A stretch of DNA of 60,827 bases from Pedosphaera sp. (GTDB lineage: Bacteria > Verrucomicrobiota > Verrucomicrobiia > Limisphaerales > AAA164-E04). This document shows positions 56,973-60,827 of the stretch, in pieces (within the stretch, counting starts at the first letter, position 1; every line of letters begins with the position of its first letter). Both the position numbers and the translations under genes were made by a program. A model generated the notes under the pieces. That model saw only the letters and a list, made by a program, of their open reading frames with translations. It was not told the origin of the DNA and searched no databases. The DNA lies in NCBI GenBank assembly GCA_002686885.1, contig NYYT01000111.1:19133-79959 (forward strand). The letters run 5' to 3'.

Positions 56973-58154
56973 ATGAGCAAAAATTACATTTTCTCTTCGG
57001 AATCCGTCGGTGAAGGCCATCCTGACAAGGTTTGCGATACCATTTCCGACGCCATTCTGGATGCTTGCCTCGCACAAGACAAATCGAGCCGAGTGGCTTG
57101 CGAAACCTTTGTCAAAAGCAATGTGGTCGTGATCGGTGGTGAAATCACCACCAAGGCCAACTTTGACTACAACCAAGTGGTTCGAGAAGCCATTCGAGGC
57201 ATCGGCTACATCAACGACGACGACGTATTCCACGCAGACAAGGTATTCATCAACAATTACCTCACCTCACAAAGCGGTGACATCGCTCAAGGTGTGGATG
57301 CCAAGGCGGCCAAAGGTAAGGCCACGGCCGAACAAGGTGCGGGCGACCAGGGTCTGATGTTTGGTTTTGCCTGTGATGAAACCCCTGAGTTGATGCCCGC
57401 CCCCATCATGTTTGCCCACCGCATCGGCAGGGAGCTGACGCGCGTTCGCAAAAGCGGTAAAGCCAAATGGCTGAGGCCTGATGCCAAGTCGCAATGTTCG
57501 GTGCGTTATGCAAATGGCAAGCCGGTGGAAATCACAAGCGTTGTCGTCAGCACTCAGCACACCGATGATGTCTCCCACAAGCAAATCCACGACTTCATCA
57601 CCAAGAAGATTGTTCACAAGGTGCTTCCCAAACGCCTCCTGACCCGCAAGACCCAGTATCTGGTCAACCCAACGGGGCGGTTTGTCGTGGGTGGGCCTCA
57701 AGGGGATGCCGGCCTCACCGGAAGGAAAATCATTGTCGACACCTATGGCGGCATGGGACGCCATGGCGGAGGGGCCTTCTCAGGCAAGGACCCCAGTAAG
57801 GTCGATCGAAGTGCCGCCTACATGGGCCGTTACGTCGCCAAGAACGTGGTGGCCGCCGGCTTGGCCAGTCGATGCGAGGTGCAGTTCGCCTACGCCATAG
57901 GTTACCCGGATCCGGTATCGGTTGCGGTCGACACCTTCGGAACGGGAATCGCGAGCGACGAGGCCATCGCCCAGGCGGTGCAGAGTGTTTTCAGCTTCAA
58001 GCCAGCCGACATCGTCAAGCAGCTGAATTTATTGAGGCCCATTTACGGTTCAACCACCAATTACGGCCACTTTGGCAAGGTCGATGACCCCAAGGCCATC
58101 ACCTGGGAGAAAACCAACAAGGCAGCCGCACTAAAGAAGGCCCTGCGAGCCTGA
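56973..58154 (+). CDS. metK: Methionine adenosyltransferase
   Basis: ATG 56973 gives [22 protein letters not shown]. Also [12 protein letters not shown] and [25 protein letters not shown]. Confidence 0.93.
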   Translation: MSKNYIFSSESVGEGHPDKVCDTISDAILDACLAQDKSSRVACETFVKSNVVVIGGEITTKANFDYNQVVREAIRGIGYINDDDVFHADKVFINNYLTSQSGDIAQGVDAKAAKGKATAEQGAGDQGLMFGFACDETPELMPAPIMFAHRIGRELTRVRKSGKAKWLRPDAKSQCSVRYANGKPVEITSVVVSTQHTDDVSHKQIHDFITKKIVHKVLPKRLLTRKTQYLVNPTGRFVVGGPQGDAGLTGRKIIVDTYGGMGRHGGGAFSGKDPSKVDRSAAYMGRYVAKNVVAAGLASRCEVQFAYAIGYPDPVSVAVDTFGTGIASDEAIAQAVQSVFSFKPADIVKQLNLLRPIYGSTTNYGHFGKVDDPKAITWEKTNKAAALKKALRA

Positions 58155-58186
58155 TCCTCTCACCACGCTTTTAAATCGATACCATC

Positions 58187-59623
58187 ATGAGTCAAACATC
58201 TACAGAAACCATACCCACCACCCAGGACTACAAGGTAGCCGATCTCGCATTGGCCGATTGGGGTCGCAAGGAAATCAGCATCGCAGAAAAGGAAATGCCC
58301 GGCCTCATGGCCATCCGAGAGAAGCATGCGGCCGACAAACCCCTGGCGGGCGTTCGTATCACAGGCTCGCTGCACATGACGATCCAGACAGCGGTTCTCA
58401 TTGAGACCTTGGCAGATCTGGGAGCCACCGTGCGTTGGGCAAGTTGCAATATTTTTTCCACTCAGGACCACGCCGCTGCCGCCATTGCGGAGGCAGGCCA
58501 CCCGGTCTTTGCCTGGAAAGGGGAAACCCTGGAAGAATACTGGTGGTGCACTTACAAGGCGCTGAGTCATGCCGACGGCACCGGGCCACAGCTCATTGTC
58601 GATGATGGAGGCGACGCCACCCTGCTCATCCACAAGGGTTATGAGTTGGAGGAAGGTAGCGATTGGGTAAACACCCCTTCTGGCAATCACGAAGAACAGG
58701 TCATCAAAGATCTCCTCAAGGAGGTGCATAAAGAAAACCCCTACCGCTGGCATGAAATGGTCAAGGAACTCAAGGGTGTTTCCGAGGAGACCACCACCGG
58801 CGTGCACCGCCTTTACAAGATGCAGCAGGAAGGCAGCCTCCTGATCCCTGCCATCAATGTGAACGATTCGGTCACCAAGTCCAAATTCGACAATCTCTAT
58901 GGCTGCCGCGAATCGCTGGCCGATGGCATCAAACGAGCCACCGATGTGATGGTGGCAGGAAAAGTCGTCGTGGTGGTGGGCTATGGTGATGTGGGCAAAG
59001 GCTGCGCTCAGTCCATGCGCGGATTTGGTGCCCGGGTGATTGTCACTGAGATTGATCCGATCAATGCCCTTCAAGCCGTTCTGGAAGGTTTCGAAGTCAC
59101 CACCGTAGAATCCACCCTGGGCGAGGCCGACATCTACGTGACAACCACAGGCAACAAGGATGTGATCACGCTGGAGCACATGCTCGCCATGAAGGACCAG
59201 GCCATCATCTGCAACATTGGCCACTTTGATAACGAAATCCAGGTCGACCGGCTCAACAGCGCCGAAGGGGTCCAACGCGTCACCGTGAAGCCTCAGGTCG
59301 ATCAGTATTTCCTGGAAGACGGGCGATCCATCTTCATGCTGGCCGAAGGTCGACTGGTCAATCTGGGTTGCGCCACCGGCCACCCGTCTTTTGTGATGTC
59401 CAGCAGCTTTGCCAATCAAACGCTCGCGCAGCTGGATCTCTGGGAAAAACGTGGCAGTAACAAACCAGGTGTGTATGTCCTTCCCAAGGTTTTGGATGAG
59501 GAAGTGGCGCGTCTCCATCTGGCAAAACTGGGCGTCCAACTGACCCAGCTCACCAAGGAGCAGGCCGACTACATCGGTGTGGCGGTCGAAGGCCCTTACA
59601 AGCCCGAGCACTATCGATATTGA
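58187..59623 (+). CDS. ahcY: Adenosylhomocysteinase
   Basis: 478-aa [21 protein letters not shown] fold [16 protein letters not shown] and GHFDNEI. Confidence 0.93.
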   Translation: MSQTSTETIPTTQDYKVADLALADWGRKEISIAEKEMPGLMAIREKHAADKPLAGVRITGSLHMTIQTAVLIETLADLGATVRWASCNIFSTQDHAAAAIAEAGHPVFAWKGETLEEYWWCTYKALSHADGTGPQLIVDDGGDATLLIHKGYELEEGSDWVNTPSGNHEEQVIKDLLKEVHKENPYRWHEMVKELKGVSEETTTGVHRLYKMQQEGSLLIPAINVNDSVTKSKFDNLYGCRESLADGIKRATDVMVAGKVVVVVGYGDVGKGCAQSMRGFGARVIVTEIDPINALQAVLEGFEVTTVESTLGEADIYVTTTGNKDVITLEHMLAMKDQAIICNIGHFDNEIQVDRLNSAEGVQRVTVKPQVDQYFLEDGRSIFMLAEGRLVNLGCATGHPSFVMSSSFANQTLAQLDLWEKRGSNKPGVYVLPKVLDEEVARLHLAKLGVQLTQLTKEQADYIGVAVEGPYKPEHYRY

Positions 59624-59651
59624 TGGCTCGAGACCCACGATCTTCTCAGAA

Positions 59652-59681
59652 GGCGGTCCTCTTTGGGGCCGCCTTTTTTTT
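59652..59681 (+). terminator. Rho-independent terminator after ahcY
   Basis: GGCGGTCC-TCTTT(G)-GGGCCGCC hairpin (8 bp, one G.U) followed by eight T (59674-59681). Confidence 0.65.
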
Positions 59682-59885
59682 GCAGTCGTGCCTATCACGG
59701 GAAAGGGTTTCATCTCTTTGCCATTGCAAGGGGTTCAGGCCTCACTTAATTTTCAAGCTTCACACGTTCCCCTGAACCTCTTTGTCTGCCCACTGGAAGC
59801 AACGTGCAGACCGAACCGGGGTCAGAGGATTCATCGGCCATCGGTCCCAATCCAACCCTTAGCCCCATTCGAAAAAACGAGAACC

Positions 59886-60707
59886 ATGCATCACCCGACA
59901 TTCCACGCCTTCAAAAGCCTGACAGCTCAGACGCTTCTGAGCGGAATCCTCACTCTAACGTGCCAAGCCGCCGAAGGTTTTACCGATACCCCCATGCAAC
60001 CCAATGGTAAGTGGCATGTGCATGATCCCAACCGGCCCAAACCTCCTGTGGTCACTCCCGGTGAGCACTTCAGCCATCAGGCCCCAGCACCCTCCGATGC
60101 CGTCATTCTCTTTGATGGCACCGACTTCAGCCAATGGACCGGACGCAATGACAAGGTCGACTGGAAACTGGAAAACGGTTACATGGAAACCACACGCACG
60201 GGGCGCATCCGCACCCGCGATTCCTTTGGTGACTTCCAACTCCACCTGGAATTTGCCACACCAGAAAAAGTCGAAGGCAAGGGCCAGGGACGCGGCAACA
60301 ACGGCGTGAATATTTTCGGACGATATGAAATCCAAATTCTGGACAGTTATCAGAACGAGACCTATGCCGACGGCATGGTAGCGGCCATGTATGGACAACA
60401 ACCGCCTCTGAAAAACGCCTCCAAACCGCCCGGACAATGGCAAACCTACGACATTGTCTTTGAAGGGCCCCGCTGGGACGCTGAAGGCAAACTCATCAAA
60501 CGCGCGCACATTACCGTCATCCACAACGGCATCGTGGTGCATCATCGAAAGGATTTCTACGGGAACACCCCTTATCGGGCTGTGGGAGATTATTCCAGGC
60601 CACACCCTCCCCAGGGAACCATCGAATTGTATGAACACGGGAACCCGGTGCGATTTAGAAACATCTGGATCCGCCACCTTGGCGATTATGATCAACCCAA
60701 CCCCTGA
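59886..60707 (+). CDS. Secreted DUF1080 (3-keto-disaccharide hydrolase family) protein
   Basis: ATG 59886 lies after the ahcY terminator and gives the signal peptide MHHPTFHAFKSLTAQTLLSGILTLTCQA. Contains DGTDFSQW, YEIQILDS and GTIELYEHGNPVRFRNIWIRHL. Confidence 0.8.
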   Translation: MHHPTFHAFKSLTAQTLLSGILTLTCQAAEGFTDTPMQPNGKWHVHDPNRPKPPVVTPGEHFSHQAPAPSDAVILFDGTDFSQWTGRNDKVDWKLENGYMETTRTGRIRTRDSFGDFQLHLEFATPEKVEGKGQGRGNNGVNIFGRYEIQILDSYQNETYADGMVAAMYGQQPPLKNASKPPGQWQTYDIVFEGPRWDAEGKLIKRAHITVIHNGIVVHHRKDFYGNTPYRAVGDYSRPHPPQGTIELYEHGNPVRFRNIWIRHLGDYDQPNP

Positions 60708-60759
60708 TGGAATGATCTGCGAACTGGTTTTGAGTGAACCCACGCCTCCGAACCCACCC

Positions 60760-60827
60760 ATGCATCCGATGCACCCCATGCCATTCATTCGCAAAGCCCT
60801 TGCGTGGGCTTTCCTGCTATGGACCCC
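60760..60827 (+). CDS. 5' fragment of an ORF running off the window (signal-peptide-like start)
   Basis: ATG 60760 translates to MHPMHPMPFIRKALAWAFLLWT... and stays open to the window end. Only 22 codons are visible. Confidence 0.3.
   Translation, partial: MHPMHPMPFIRKALAWAFLLWT

Noticed and set aside
58160-59713. 517-aa ORF on the minus strand spanning the whole ahcY gene
   Set aside because: It exactly shadows ahcY, whose plus-strand product carries unmistakable adenosylhomocysteinase motifs. The antisense translation is low-complexity, with no recognisable motif, start context or signal. It looks like a stop-poor antisense frame of a codon-biased gene.
1-60827. Scan for CRISPR arrays, tRNA/rRNA/tmRNA/RNase P/SRP RNA, IS elements and integrases
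   Set aside because: No spaced direct-repeat arrays, no cloverleaf-like or conserved RNA signature strings, and no transposase- or recombinase-like translations were seen in any gap or ORF. A covariance-model scan (Infernal/tRNAscan) would be needed for a definitive negative.

Overview
About 61 kb of densely coding chromosome (around 40 CDS). I found no rRNA, tRNA, CRISPR array, transposase or integrase. The taxon looks like the PVC superphylum, most likely Verrucomicrobiota. This rests on lineage-typical families read from the translations: a PSCyt/PSD1 + DUF1501 gene pair; three giant 'membrane-bound dehydrogenase propeller + HEAT + CxxCH/cupredoxin' proteins; an H-X9-DG prepilin-like protein with a [14 protein letters not shown] leader; a 1740-aa lamin-tail/CotH protein; and several DUF1080 proteins. 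Housekeeping genes recognised with high confidence from hallmark motifs are recG, uvrC, panC, nadB, hisC, pta, trpE, metK, ahcY and an RND efflux adaptor/permease pair. All family assignments come from motif and sequence memory, not from a database search. Many ORF-track starts were trimmed to internal ATG/GTG codons where the longer ORF overlapped a neighbouring gene. The regions most worth a second look are: (1) 6.8-20.9 kb, three paralogous giant periplasmic redox proteins with different electron-transfer tails, interleaved with a sulfatase, a sialate O-acetylesterase, DUF2237 and an unannotated coupled micro-ORF; (2) 4.36-6.79 kb, a carbamoyltransferase bracketed by two tiny membrane proteins (sxtK/I/J-like triad, function unknown); (3) 26.5-28.6 kb, a small islet between convergent nadB and hisC holding a Coq4-motif protein, a phage/plasmid-style HTH protein and a 624-bp very AT-rich gene-poor stretch; (4) the PSCyt/PSD1-DUF1501-ThuA operon; (5) a SahR-like ArsR-methyltransferase fusion divergent from metK-ahcY; (6) the CotH/lamin-tail giant followed by a pseudopilin gene.
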